Assembly (NCBI RefSeq): GCF_031769215.1 | Contig: NW_026781945.1 | Span: 2,914,001-2,978,000, forward strand | Length of the DNA: 64,000 nucleotides | Direction: 5' to 3' | Origin: Ylistrum balloti | Lineage: Eukaryota | Part shown: positions 42,490 through 55,103 of the stretch, piece by piece | How positions within the stretch are numbered: the stretch's first letter is position 1 | Layout of the letters: every line of letters begins with the position of its first letter | The notes under the pieces: generated by a model | Told to the model about the DNA's origin: nothing | Databases searched by the model: none | The model's input: only the letters and a program-made list of their open reading frames with translations | Program-made: the position numbers and the translations under genes

Positions 42490-43205
42490 ATTTTGAATCT
42501 CTTTTGAATTCATCAGAGAGCTTATCAAAACAAGTCACAAAGAAAACGTCGTTTATTATCACTTTCAGATATATTGATGGTATCTTGTCTTCTAATTACA
42601 AGAAATTTATTGAACACGTTTATACCCACCAGAATTGTAAATCAAAGACAATTCGACCTCTTTTTCCTACAACGAAATCACCATGGACAACTTTCCACCA
42701 AGCTGTTTGATAAGTGTGATGATTTCAATTTCCCTATTGTAAATTTTGCTTTCCTGAATAGCAACAGATAGCAACCTCCCTTGGTGTATATATGTCGCAG
42801 ACACAATTTTCTTGCAAGAAATCATCAACTGACGGACGAAACCGTAACACAAGGGTTTCAATAGATGCAGAATGATGAAAGCTACAGTATGTGAAAGCAT
42901 CACGGTCGATAGGGTCATCTCATTCAGAAACATTGAATTGCTTTGTGCGACTTGAAAGTGGAAGTGTTTGATGATCGTTAGTTTGCCTGTTGGTTCCGTT
43001 GTTTTATATCTAGTGATATTACTTACTTGGATTAGACAAGGTAGCAGAAAAACGCTTACTCTTCCGAAACGTCAGGTCTTATTATCTTTGTATGTCTTAA
43101 GGAGTACCGTGTAAGTCTTTCTTTTGTTCACATTTTGCCTGAGTTTTATTGAATTTGAGTTTGGATTCTGATCATATTAGCACTTTGGTATTTTCTGTTC
43201 ATTTT
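42490..43205 (+). mobile_element. Naiad-type PLE RT C-terminal half plus 3' tail
   Basis: SFIITFRYIDGILSSN, LSTKLFDKCDDFNFPIVNFAFLNSN, GVYMSQ, then the tail GTTAGTTTGCCTGTTGGTTCCGTT...CACATTTTGCC..TTTTATTGAATTTGAGTTTGGATT. (TA)n and G13 tracts lie upstream at 42195-42310. Confidence 0.85.
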
Positions 43206-43737
43206 TAATGATCATCCAAAGCTGTATCAAATATCTACTTGATTTATAATTGAACTCATGACGTTGCTCTAGGGCCTGGAGACTTCTAAAAATCATTGCA
43301 GATTTCAGCACAGAGAAAACGGTTTATTTTATCATTTTATGAAACCCATTTAATAAGAAGAAGGCTAGAATCAGCCCACCGTTATAGATCATTATCTCTA
43401 TTTATAGAAAGTGGATGAGAGCACGTCTTTCATTCTACATTGTACAAACTTGTATAATGAGTATAGGGATTCCTTCTATCTCTTCATTAGTAACGGAGTC
43501 ATTTGCCATGCCGGACATAGATGTGAGCTTAATAGATTAGGTCTTTCTGTAGGAAGTTGATAGAGAGATATCTCGACCTAAGGTCAATCATACTTCGACA
43601 TCTGTAATCTTATCACAACTACAAACAGGTGAATCATTCCACCTGTTAATCTGTTAGCAAGGATGCGCATGCCGCATCAAGAGATCAAAGTTATACCTTA
43701 TTTAATCTAATATGTGTGATTTATTTATATTCATATC

Positions 43738-44212
43738 ATATAATTCTACTCCTACAATTCTACTCCTAAATTCTACCTGTTATACAATTCTACTCCTATA
43801 TTCTACATGTTATACAATTCTACTCCTATATTCTACATGTTATACAATTCTACTCCTATATTCTACATGTTATACAATTCTACTCCTATATTCTACATGT
43901 TATACAATTCTACTCCTATATTCTACCTGTTATACAATTCTACTCCTATATTCTACATGTTATACAATTCTACTCCTATATTCTACATGTTATACAATTC
44001 TACTCCTATATTCTACCTGTTATATAATTCTACTTCTATATTCTACATGTTATACAATTCTACTCCTATATTCTACATGTTATACAATTCTACTCCTGTA
44101 TTCTATCTGTTATACAATTCTACTCCTATATTCTACCTGTTATACAATTCTACTCCTATATTCTTCATGTTATACAATTCTACTCCTGTATTCTACCTGT
44201 TATATAATTCAT
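43738..44212. repeat. 30-bp tandem minisatellite, ~16 copies
   Basis: Unit TACAATTCTACTCCTATATTCTACATGTTA. It generates the 10-aa periodic ORFs at 43712-44218 and 43807-44247. Confidence 0.97.
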
Positions 44213-44552
44213 TTCTAAACCCAAAATATGATATAATTTACTCGTAATTCGTACTTTTAATTCATTTGACTAGAGTAACTTCAAACCATATTTTCTAAGT
44301 TTACTGAATTTTCCTGATTGCTTTTCCTCAATTCTTTATGCTTGGATTTCAGCATGCTTATTGCGTAACATTGTTTTAGATCATAACCTGATATATCAAT
44401 GTGTAAATAATTGTACATCCGCCTGATCCCATTACATCCTCCTCTCATAATGACTCTTATTTCTTATAAGATACATGCTGTCCTAATTCTTAAGTCATCC
44501 GATATCATATACACTAACTATTTACTAGTATTATCAAACTTACCGCAATTTG

Positions 44553-44730
44553 TAAATAAAACTTTCCCATTCATCCTAACCACTTTTTAACGTTATCACT
44601 AAATAACACTTTCCCATCCATCCTAACCATATTTTACCGTTTTCTCTAGATAAAACTTTCCCATCCATCCTAACCATATTGAACCGTTATCTCTAAATAA
44701 CACTTTCTTATTCATCTTAACTACATTTTA
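44553..44730. repeat. 47-bp tandem repeat, ~3.7 diverged copies
   Basis: TA(A/G)ATAA(A/C)ACTTTCCCAT..ATCCTAACCA at 44553, 44600, 44647 and 44694. Confidence 0.88.
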
Positions 44731-44767
44731 TCTTTATTTTCATGCAATATGTTGTTAACGGAGAGAT

Positions 44768-45280
44768 AAATTCACAACTCAGTATTTCGGGAGATAGAGC
44801 TCACATCTCATTGTTTCTGGAGATTGAGCTCACAACTCAGTGTTTCGGGAGATGGAGCTCACAACTCAGTGTTTCGGGAGATTGAGCTCACATCTCATTG
44901 TTTCTGGAGATTGAGCTCACAACTCAGTGTTTCGGGAGATGGAGCTCACAACTCAGTGTTTCGGGAGATTGAGCTCACAACTTAATATTTCGGGGGATTG
45001 AACTCACATCTCATTGTTTCTGAAGTTTGATCTCACAACTCAGTATTTTGGAAGATGGAACTCACAACTCAGTATTCCGGAAGATGGAGCTCACAACTCA
45101 GTGTTTCGGTAGATTGAGCTCACAATTCAGTGTTTCGGGCGATTGACCTTACAACTCAGTGTTTCGGGCGATTGACCTCACATTTCAGTGTTTCTGGAGA
45201 CCTAGCTCATAACTCAGTTTTCCGGAAAATGGAGCTCACAATTCAGTGTTTCGGGAGATTGAGCTCACAACTCAGTTATA
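44768..45280. repeat. 29-bp tandem minisatellite, ~17 copies
   Basis: Unit GAGCTCACAACTCAGTGTTTCGGGAGATT; period measured from 44826 to 44855. Confidence 0.95.
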
Positions 45281-46329
45281 GATGAAGGTTAAGATTAAGA
45301 TTATGGGAATATTTTGTTGTTTTCATAATGATATCACAAGGAAATATTATCTTAAATTGTGTAATATAAGTTAGATGTGTTTGATTTTCTTAAAACACCC
45401 AGCGGTATCGTTTTTCTTACTTACGAACATGACGTTACCGTAATTCGAAAAAACTCAATATATCCTGATACCTCAATGACTCGCTCCCTATCTCTACAAC
45501 GCACATGACCTTGAAATTCAAATGACATAAATATATAACTCACGCCTTACAGTAATCTCTATATTACATCATATTTTAATCTCCAGATCACGTTTAACCC
45601 TCATATATAGATTACATTCTGTTTTAATCTATAATTCACACTGACATAATATCTAATTTTCAGTCTTAAATATTATCCATGTAAAGACATAGTGCATCAA
45701 CGTTTTGATGTTTATCATGAGAAAGGTCATTTACCTGTACGGAGATGGTTCCAGACAAATCATACCTTTCCTTAGATATAATATCGAATTTTTAATTGAT
45801 TTTGTCTCGGGGTTGTTTTAAGATCAAGTGGATCACATGCTATATTTGTTATTGTATTTCTAAGACAGCTTTTCATGTCGAACCTCGCGGCTTTCAAATA
45901 CTGTAAACCGTACTTCTGTGTTATCCTCGTGATTTAGAACTAAATCACAAATATGGTCTAGCTGTCTGTATCAGCTTCAAAGACAGCGATGATTTGATAT
46001 TAATAAATCGCATGGTCATTCACCTTAGGAATGGCTGGACAGGAGCTTACAATGCTGCACAGCTGGTTTAGAGGAAGATCGGGACAAAAGAGAAATCTTA
46101 CAGCTGGATCATTACCACAGATAAGGTTCGACATCCACCTCGCTAAGTTTATCAGTAGAAATGTCACCATTTATCATAAGTTGTAAATCGTCGAGAAGCT
46201 TAGTAAACATTTAAGTAGTGTTAGTTGTAGTTATAAAGGGTTGATTAATTTGAGCAATATTGATGCACAAACTGCATTGAATATTACTAATGACATATTG
46301 ATCGTGACAATATCATATCATGTTATTGT

Positions 46330-46950
46330 TTACTATTGTCATTAAAACTACCCAACTATACTCCTAAAGTACTCAATGGTGGCTATTGTCATTAAAACTA
46401 CCCACCTAAACTCCTTAAGTACTCAATGGTGGCTATTGTCATTAAAACTACCCACCTATACTCCTTAAGTACTCAATGGTGGCTATTGTCATTAAAACTA
46501 CCCACCTAAACTCCTTAAGTACTCAATGGTGGCTATTGTCATTAAAACTACCCACCTATACTCCTTAAGTACTCAATGGTGGCTATTGTCATTAAAGCTT
46601 GCCAACTATACTCCTTAAGTACTCAATGGTGGCTATTGTCATTAAAGCTTGCCAACTATACTCCTAAAGTACTCAATGGTGGCTATTGTCATTAATGCTT
46701 GCTACCTATACTCCTAAGTACTCAATGGTGGCTATTGTCATTAAAGCTTCCCACCTATACTCCTAAAGTACTCAATGGTGGCTATTGTCATTAAAGTACT
46801 CAATCAATGGTGGCTATTGTCTAAATCAATATCCTAAAGTACTCAATGGTGGCTATTGTCATTAATGCTTGCTACCTATACTCCTAAAGTACTCAATGGT
46901 GGCTATTGTCATTAAAGCTTGACAACTATACTCCTAAAGTACTCAATATG
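46330..46950. repeat. 50-bp tandem array A, ~12 copies
   Basis: Unit CTCCTAAAGTACTCAATGGTGGCTATTGTCATTAAAACTACCCACCTATA; period measured from 46361 to 46411. Confidence 0.96.
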
Positions 46951-46967
46951 GTTACTATCAATATCAC

Positions 46968-47608
46968 TTCTAACATGTACGACTACCCGACTGTACTCCA
47001 GAAGTACACGTGTGAGAAGTTTTAACATACGACTACCCGACTGTACTCCAGAAGTACACATGAGAGAAGTGTAACATACGACTACCCGACTGTACTCCAG
47101 AAGTACACATGTGAGAAGTTCTAACATACGACTACCCGACTGTACTCCAGAAGTACACATGTGAGAAGTTCTAACATACGGCTACCCGACTGTACTCCAG
47201 TAGTACACATGAGAGAAGTTTTAACATACGACTACCCGACTGTACTCCAGAAGTACACATATGAGAAGTTCTAAAAAACGACTACCCGACTGTACTCCAG
47301 AAGTACACATGTGAGAAGTGTAACATACTACTATCCGACTGTACTCCAGAAGTTCACATTGGAGAAGCTCTAACAAACGACTACCCGACTGTACTCCAGA
47401 AGTACACATGTGAGAAGTGTAACATACGGCTACCCGACTGTACTTCAGAAGTACACATGAGAAGTTCTAACAAACGACTACCCGACTGTACTCCAGAAGT
47501 ACACATGTGAGAAGTGTAACAAACGACTACCCGACCGTACTCCAGTAATACACATGAGAGAAGTTTTAACATACGACTACCCGACCGTACTCCAGCAGTA
47601 CACTAACA
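46968..47608. repeat. 49/50-bp tandem array B, ~13 copies
   Basis: Unit GACTACCCGACTGTACTCCAGAAGTACACATGTGAGAAGTTCTAACATAC; starts at 46981, 47031 and 47080. Confidence 0.96.
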
Positions 47609-48184
47609 TAACACCGTAAAGAAAGGCTGAAACCAAATGACATGAGAAGCTCAGATGGCCTGACAGCAAGGTGATCTTTAAAATTCCCAGAGCGACAGCG
47701 AATATTATATTTCATAGTATTGTCAGAAAGCAATTCAAGGAACAAAGTCCTGACATTCGTGTTAATGCTAACAATTAACAGCCGTGTCGAGATGTTTAGT
47801 GTGGAGTTTGGTTTACTGTCTAAATGTTGGTTGTACTAAATGGAAGCTTAATGAATTATGTTTCTGTTTCTCACCTTTCTGTAACATTAAGCAATGCTTG
47901 AAGATGGCGTGATATTTAACTGTTGATGGCTTCGATATAAACATTTAAATTGATTCTTCTGAACAAAAAGCCAAAAGAATGTCAACAAAGTCATATTTTG
48001 CACATTTTTGTGGACTTGATTTCGTGGATAAATATAGCAGAAACAACTGTTTTCAACGGTTCGTTGATTAACAGTACACAAGAAATGATAATTAAGTGAA
48101 ACTTCCTCGAAATAGTACTGATTTCAGAGTAGAGGAAAACGACCGCGAATACTTATAACAAATCTGTACTGTCACTTACTGGCC

Positions 48185-49470
48185 GATAGAGACCCGTTCG
48201 TTTTCATTTACTTGTTGATAGAGACCCATGTCTTATCAATGCCCTGTATATAGAGACCACTCTGTTATCAATTACCTGTAAATACAGACCCCTGTGTTAT
48301 CAATTACCTGTAAATAGAGATCCCTGTGTTATCAATTACTTGTATATAAAGACCCATGTGTTATCAATTACCTGTGTATAGAGACCCATGTGTTATCAAT
48401 TACCAGTAAATAGATATCCCTGTGTTATCAATTACCTGTACATAAAGACCTAGGTGTTATCAATTAATTGTAAATAGAGACCCCTGTGTTATCAATTACC
48501 TGTACATAGAGACCCCTGTGTTATCAATTACCTGTACATAGAGACCGCTGTGTTATTAATTACCAGTAAAAAAAGGCCCCTGTGTTATCAATTACCTGTA
48601 CATAGAGACCTTATTTGTTATCAATTACCTGTAAATAGACACCCCTGTGTTATCAATTACCTGTATATAGAGACCCCTGTGTTATCAATTACCAGTAAAT
48701 AGAGACCCCTGTGTTATCAATTACCTGTAAATAGAGACCCCTGTGTTAACAATTACCAGTAAATAGAGACCGCTGTGTTATCAATTACCTGTACATAGAG
48801 ACCCCTGTGTTATCAATTACCAGTTAATAGAGACCCCTGTGCTATCAATTTCCTGTACATAGAGACCCCTGTGTTGGCAATTACCTGTATATAAAGACCC
48901 ATGTGTTATCAATTACCTGTAAATAGGGACCCCTGTGTTATCAATTACCAGTAAATAGAGACCCCTGTGTTATCAATTACCAATAAATAGACACCCCTGT
49001 GTTATCAATTACCTGTAAATAGAGACCCCTGTGTTATCAATTACCTGTAAATAGAGACCCCTTTGTTATCAATTACCAATAAATAGACACCCCTGTGTTA
49101 TCAATTACCTGTAAATAGACACCCCTGTGTTATCAATTACCTGTAAATAGAGACCCCTGTGTTATCAATTACCAATAAATAGACACCCCTGTGCTATCAA
49201 TTACCTGTAAATAGACACCCTTGTGTTATCAATTACCTGTAAATAGGGACCCTTGTGTTATCAATTACCAGTAAATAGAGACCCCTGTGTTATCAATTAC
49301 CTGTAAATAGAGACCCCTGTGTTATCAATTACCAGTTAATAGAGACCCCTGTGCTATCAATTTCCTGTACATAGAGACCCCTGTGTTGTCAATTACCTGT
49401 ATATAAAGACCCCTGTGTTATCAATTACCTGTAAATAGACACCCTTGTGTTATCAATTACCAGTAAATAG
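48185..49470. repeat. 32-bp tandem minisatellite, ~39 copies, degenerate left edge
   Basis: Unit GAGACCCCTGTGTTATCAATTACCTGTAAATA. Confidence 0.97.
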
Positions 49471-49612
49471 AGGCACACCACATTATTACTTACGTTAGAG
49501 AACATTAGTGATTCAGCACAGCGTTCTAATTTTGCCCTGATTGAACGATTTGAGATACTTTTGATGTGAGTGGTGAAAAGATAGCTATTTGAAATGGCAG
49601 GGAAGAAATCCA

Positions 49613-49664
49613 ATCGGGAACCCTGGGCACTTTCCGCAAGCGAGAAGTGCCGAGGGTTCCCGAT
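49613..49664. other. GC-rich near-perfect hairpin (20-bp stem, 1 mismatch)
   Basis: ATCGGGAACCCTGGGCACTT (49613-49632) pairs with AAGTGCCGAGGGTTCCCGAT (49645-49664). The 12-nt loop is TCCGCAAGCGAG. Confidence 0.9.
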
Positions 49665-50020
49665 GGAAACCATGTAGTCGTAGACGGATATCAAAGGACA
49701 GCTGGATTTACTTCCATGCTATTTTATTGCTGGTAATAATGTAATTTGAAGAAAAGTACAATGAAAACTTGTGTCCAGTTATTTTATAAATATATTTATT
49801 TCCAATTAGATTTGTTAAGGTCAAACGAATGTTTTAAATTCGATATAACGTTTGTTGGAAACTTAATCTTAACAGATTTTCTTCCACTGTCCGAGAAATC
49901 TACGCGCATTAGTCGAAAACAAATACCTGTGACGATCGCCCACTTATCGAGGTTATATTAGATAAGTATATTTTAACCAATCTGAGTTTATTTTAAGGGG
50001 CCCTAAATCATACAAAATAT

Positions 50021-50150
50021 NNNNNNNNNNNNNNNNNNNNNNNNNNNNNNNNNNNNNNNNNNNNNNNNNNNNNNNNNNNNNNNNNNNNNNNNNNNNNNNN
50101 NNNNNNNNNNNNNNNNNNNNNNNNNNNNNNNNNNNNNNNNNNNNNNNNNC
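50021..50150. other. Assembly gap (130 N)
   Basis: Run of N. Confidence 1.
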
Positions 50151-50984
50151 CCCGCGACAAACGTGTAAACTGTAAATTAAGCCACACTACCAGCTTTAAA
50201 TTTAAACACTTCCTATTGTCAGAAGAGAGAAAAATATTGAATAACTAACACAACCGAACTGTTTATCAACGTCAACATCTTGTAAAACGTCTTTCTAACT
50301 TCCGTTACAGCTTCAGGGACAGAGAGTCGTCATTCCAATTGACGTTAATATAGAACATCAACAATAAGAGAACATAACACCTACTACCTCTCCGCTTTCT
50401 AGATCATCAGATATGCAGACGATGCCTCACTGCGATAAGCCCTAGGATAAACACGTATATATAGAGAGATCCACCAACAACAGAAAAAAGAAAGACCATC
50501 GTCCGTTTTAACAATGGCAATTCAAGGAACATCCGCATGATAATACTGGCGACTTCACACACGTACCGCTTCCCAATTCTCTTTTTTGGCCTTATAAAAA
50601 AGCTGTTTACACTTCGGTAGACGTCACGTCTAGCGCGTAGGAGGCTGGACCAATATACACTGTACACATTAGTGGGAATCTGTTATTGCGTTTGTTTTTA
50701 TTTTTTGCATTTTGTGAATTAATTTTATATAATTGAACTTAAATAAACTTAGCACAATATTTGAACAGAACGTAAATATATGCAATATGTAACAGAAATG
50801 TCATTGTAGAGCTATTTTTGTAGTTTCACGTCAAATCGGAATATTCCTTGTATTGCTATTCCATCTGTTATCGGACTGTTCCGTCACTGTGTATAACGTC
50901 CAGGGAATAATGATTATTACATTCTATGTATTTCCAAGTAGCGTAAATCGTCGGTCAAGTCCAACTTCATTACATCATTAATAT

Positions 50985-51360
50985 CCATCTGTTGTGTCAG
51001 GTTGTTCTTTTTGTAAGTCACATCCGTTGTGTATCAGGGTGCCTGTGATGTCAGGAAGTTGTTTACTGGTATCTAGTCCTCATCTGTTGTGTCAGGTTGT
51101 TGTTTATGTAAGTCACATCCGTTATGTATCACGGTGTTATTGTTGTCCTTGTCTGCTACCAGGTTTTCTACTGAGACCAAAGCTGTTGCTGATATTTGCC
51201 TTGTAGACTCTATCTATTGTATCAACATGTTCTTGAACAAAGTTCCATCCGTTGTATAAGATTGTTGTTGTTCTGGATCTGTTATGCCGTTTTGTTATTT
51301 AACTCGGCACAGTCTGTTGTCTTATGTTCTTGTTCTATCTCTCATTATAATTATGGTCCA
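50985..51360. repeat. Degenerate CATCTGTTGT-based repeats with a ~95-bp duplication
   Basis: CATCTGTTGTGTCAGGTTGTT...GTAAGTCACATCCGTT at 50986 and 51081. Confidence 0.7.
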
Positions 51361-51519
51361 TCTGGGCACGTTTTAACTAGCGACTTAAGCATTATCCAAA
51401 ATGCTAGGCTGCGAGAGCTTTTCATGAAGGCACGTGAAACTATTTCCATTATTTGGAATGGGAATTTTAAGATGCCTCAGGAATCCATGGAAAATAAGCT
51501 GTAGAGCTGATACCGCGTT

Positions 51520-51710
51520 AGATTCATTTAACATGGCGGATGTCGTCGATGAAACAAAAGACGCTTACTCTTGAGAAACACGTGGTCTTAATCTTCTTGT
51601 TCTTTTGCAGGAGTCTCCGTGTAAGTCTTTCATGTGTTCATATTTTGCCCTAGTTTATAGAATTTGAGTCTGGATTATGATTATGTTGCCATGTTGGTAT
51701 TTTCTCGACG
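51520..51710 (+). mobile_element. Solo copy of the PLE 3' tail
   Basis: CATGGCGGATGTCGTCGATGAAACAAAAGACGCTTACTC...CAGGAGTCTCCGTGTAAGTCTTTC...GAATTTGAGTCTGGATT. Confidence 0.75.
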
Positions 51711-52099
51711 TTTATTTCAGAGTGGATTGGATTCATTCATTTTTTAAAATAATGATAAGAATATGGAGATTGTCCTCCCTTGTTTATGTTGTATATTAAA
51801 ACCAATATAAATAATATTATTGGGGCTGTTTGTTTTCATATGAGGCTAAAAATATGGAAGACCTTTTCAAACCTGGTCACAAAGACCTTTCGAAGTCCTT
51901 CAATATCACTTTTGTTCATTTTTGTCCACTTTTGATTAAACTTGAGTTTAGATAAAGATTCTGTTGACAAGACCTTTATTGTTTTAACCTCTGTAAACAC
52001 CATCTGTTGTGCCAAGGCTGTTTATCTAGGTACTATCTGTTGAATCCGAATGTCAAGGTCATACAATTATTCATTATATACTAAGGCAATTTTTTTCTT

Positions 52100-52680
52100 A
52101 CCAATATAATCAAGACAGAGATATAATGCCAAATGTAATCTATCTGCGTCAAATATGTTGTGTTAATATGTATATGCCTGATTACAATCTATCTGTTTTG
52201 TCAAAATGCTGTTTATCTGCTTCTAATATGTATTGTCAAAAGTTACTCGCTTCCGATCTGTTGTTTCAAAACGCTTTTTGCGCCCAACCTGTCGTAATGA
52301 TAATGATTATCTGCTTCAAATATGTTGTGTCATAATGCTATTTGTGTGATGTCAATCCGTTTTGTCATAATTTGTTGTGTTGAAACGTCATTTGTTTGCT
52401 TTAAATTCCAATTTGTTGTGTCAAATTATTGTTTATTTGTCTCCAATCTCTGTTGTGTCAAAATGTTGTTTATTTGTTTCCAATTTACCTGTTGTATCAA
52501 AACATTGTTTATCTGCTCGAAGTATGTGTATCGAAAGATATTTGATTCCAAGTTGTTGTGTCGCTACTTGTATTTTCCAATTCCTTTGTGTCAAAATGGT
52601 GTTTACTTCCCACCTTTTTGTGTCAAAATTGTTTATGTACTGACCATATGTTATGTGAAATGTTGTTAATCCATATCGTT
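52100..52680. repeat. Degenerate short-period repeat (ATTTGTTGTGTCAAAATGTTGTTT-like)
   Basis: Many variants of TGTTGTGTCAAAA. It explains the C/V-rich ORFs at 52126-52669. Confidence 0.75.
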
Positions 52681-53299
52681 AATGTTTTCTATTTAGATCC
52701 AGTCTTTTGCAGTTGAACGTTATTTATCGACAGGTCATCTGTTTAATGAGACTGTAGTTTACTCAAATCCCATATCATGTTTCAAATATATTTCTTTGCA
52801 ATAAGCTGCAGTATATAGTCTCTACTATAATAGTGATTGAACAGAGGTATAACCGGCCGTATTGATCACCCGGTGATTTGCTGCTCAATTTCGATGAGAA
52901 AATGTTTTTATTATCGTTCTTTTTAGAGTAATTGCATAACAATTGTAGAACGACTTTTTTCCACATGAAACCCTGAAAACTATATTAAGACATTAAGAAT
53001 CACGTGTCACACAGGAGAGACGAGATTTAAACTGGACACTTAAAGATTTCTTACAAAGCCATGCTGACAGTTCCTAGGCACCACCTGAGACAAGTTAATT
53101 TGGCTGTGCGGAAAGGTCAAATGAAGTCAGTAGCTTTTGTTTGCTCTCTGGTTTGTATTTCTGTATATTCTGGACTACATTGATGAAATACAACATAGTA
53201 ATTAGTAAGACCAGTAACACAGAGTTAGGTTTTCGTCGCTTTCTACCAGATGAGTCCATTGTGTTCATTATAATCTATGTAAAAGTAACATATCAAAGA

Positions 53300-53710
53300 A
53301 TGGTCCGAGTATAGCAAGTCTCGGACTTTCTCTGTTATAAGGGGAACAGAAGAACAATGTACAATATCTATGAGGAAGTTTAACGGTCGTCATTGTGATC
53401 TCATTGAGATATATTGTGTTTCTTTGTGCGATATGAAACAGGACACGTTAGTTTGCCTGTTGGTTTCATTACTAAATACATTGTTTTCATTTGAGAACGT
53501 GACATTTTTACTCGGATAGACCAAGATTTACATGGCGGGTGTCGTCGATGAAGTAGAAGACTCTTACTCCTCCGGAACACCTGGTTTTAATCACCATGTA
53601 CTTTTTTCAAGAGTTCCCGTGTATATTTTGCTCTTGTTCACATTTTGCCCTGGTTTTATTGAATTTGAGTTTAGATTATAATTATGTTGAAATGCTGGTA
53701 TTTTCTTGAT
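53300..53710 (+). mobile_element. Naiad-type PLE extreme RT C-terminus plus 3' tail
   Basis: SMRKFNGRHCDLIEIYCVSLCDMKQD (pattern SLRKFYGRHHDLVDRY..S.SQM..D), followed by the complete tail including TCCGGAACACCTGG. Confidence 0.8.
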
Positions 53711-55072
53711 TTTATATACAGGTGCTAAACAGCTGTAAGTGCTTGTAGTAGTAGGTGGTGTAACCTATAATGACTTGATAAGCTTAGATTTTTATGTGTA
53801 ATGTTTGAGGAATGCGATTGTCCACTTGTGAAAAAAGCATAAAACCTGAAGTCAGACACAAAACGTGTCTTCTAATCGTTACATACAGTCTGCTACCATT
53901 GTCCTTGATAAGGCGACTAATGTGTCACTCTTCTTTCCCTTCTGTTCACCTTGAATAAAGAGAGTTACGTACACAAAATAGGACTCTGTGAATAATATGT
54001 CACCGCATACAATGTAGCAATGCCCGGCACGAGAAAGGTGTCACCTTTGTTGGTTTAGTCCTATTTTGTAATTACACGTTTTATATCATATTCTCAAACA
54101 CGGGCGGTTTTCCATTAGCCTTTGTCAAGGATAAGAGCCGAAGTGATGAATCTCAATCATTATCAAAATTGAACACGTCGAAGCTGGTTCCGCCTCTCAA
54201 TAATTGGTTCTATTGTAACAACGGACGGCTGGGACATCGTTGTCCGTAAGAACTGTATGTTGTATTTGTTTGAGATGGAACAAAATGTATTTTCAGTAGA
54301 GGAGGAAATATTGATAATGCATTTCCGGTTCCGGTGTAACTGTTGACACGGTTACATTGTGTTATCATAATACCAAGATAGGACAAGGAGGCTTCAATAA
54401 CGAATCGGCCAAATAAAAAGATGATTTGTAAATGTGATGAAATTTATTTCGTTGCTATAAAGTAGTTTTTTCATAAGCCTGGTTTTTATAGATGTATTAG
54501 AGCGATATGTGTCGCAACAGCGGAGTTTCTAAACTGTGTCCTAGTCAATTGAGCCAGCTTCGACAGTGTAGTTGAGCGCTTGTAACAAGTAAAACCCGTA
54601 ACAGATGAATTGAGATGTTACAAGGACTAATTCTTCGACATAAATTTAATTTAATTAAATTTAATGCCGTAAGTTTCAACCATTAAAATCCTAAACATCT
54701 GTGACGAATCCCATTATGGGTGCAACAGCTGTATAAGGTAGTTCAATTATTTTTTTTATACTGTGTCGAATTCTAAATTTGTATTAAAGGTGTTGTTCAC
54801 TTGTCTGTCTTCTGAACAATCTTAATACTTAAAGATTTTAGCAAAACCTATGTTAGATGGTAGAGAGTGGGTTGAAGGAGTGTATTCTCCTTTAGTCTCA
54901 CTTTCGGATTGAACTTATAGATCTACCATTCCTGAAATAAGCCAGAGTACTAGTCTGTATTCATTGATCCTGATATCACGATCTAACCTGGCGATTTGGA
55001 TAAATATAGGTGTATGTCTGCAGATACGGAGTTTATATACTTGAAATTGGCTACATACTTTTGAATTTCGTC

Positions 55073-55103
<31 letters not shown>

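Noticed and set aside
43712-44247. 168-aa and 146-aa ORFs
   Set aside because: Pure translations of the 30-bp minisatellite (10-aa period). The same applies to the ORFs at 1514, 5487, 5949, 14115, 14222, 16943, 29417, 46912-47572 and 52126-52669.
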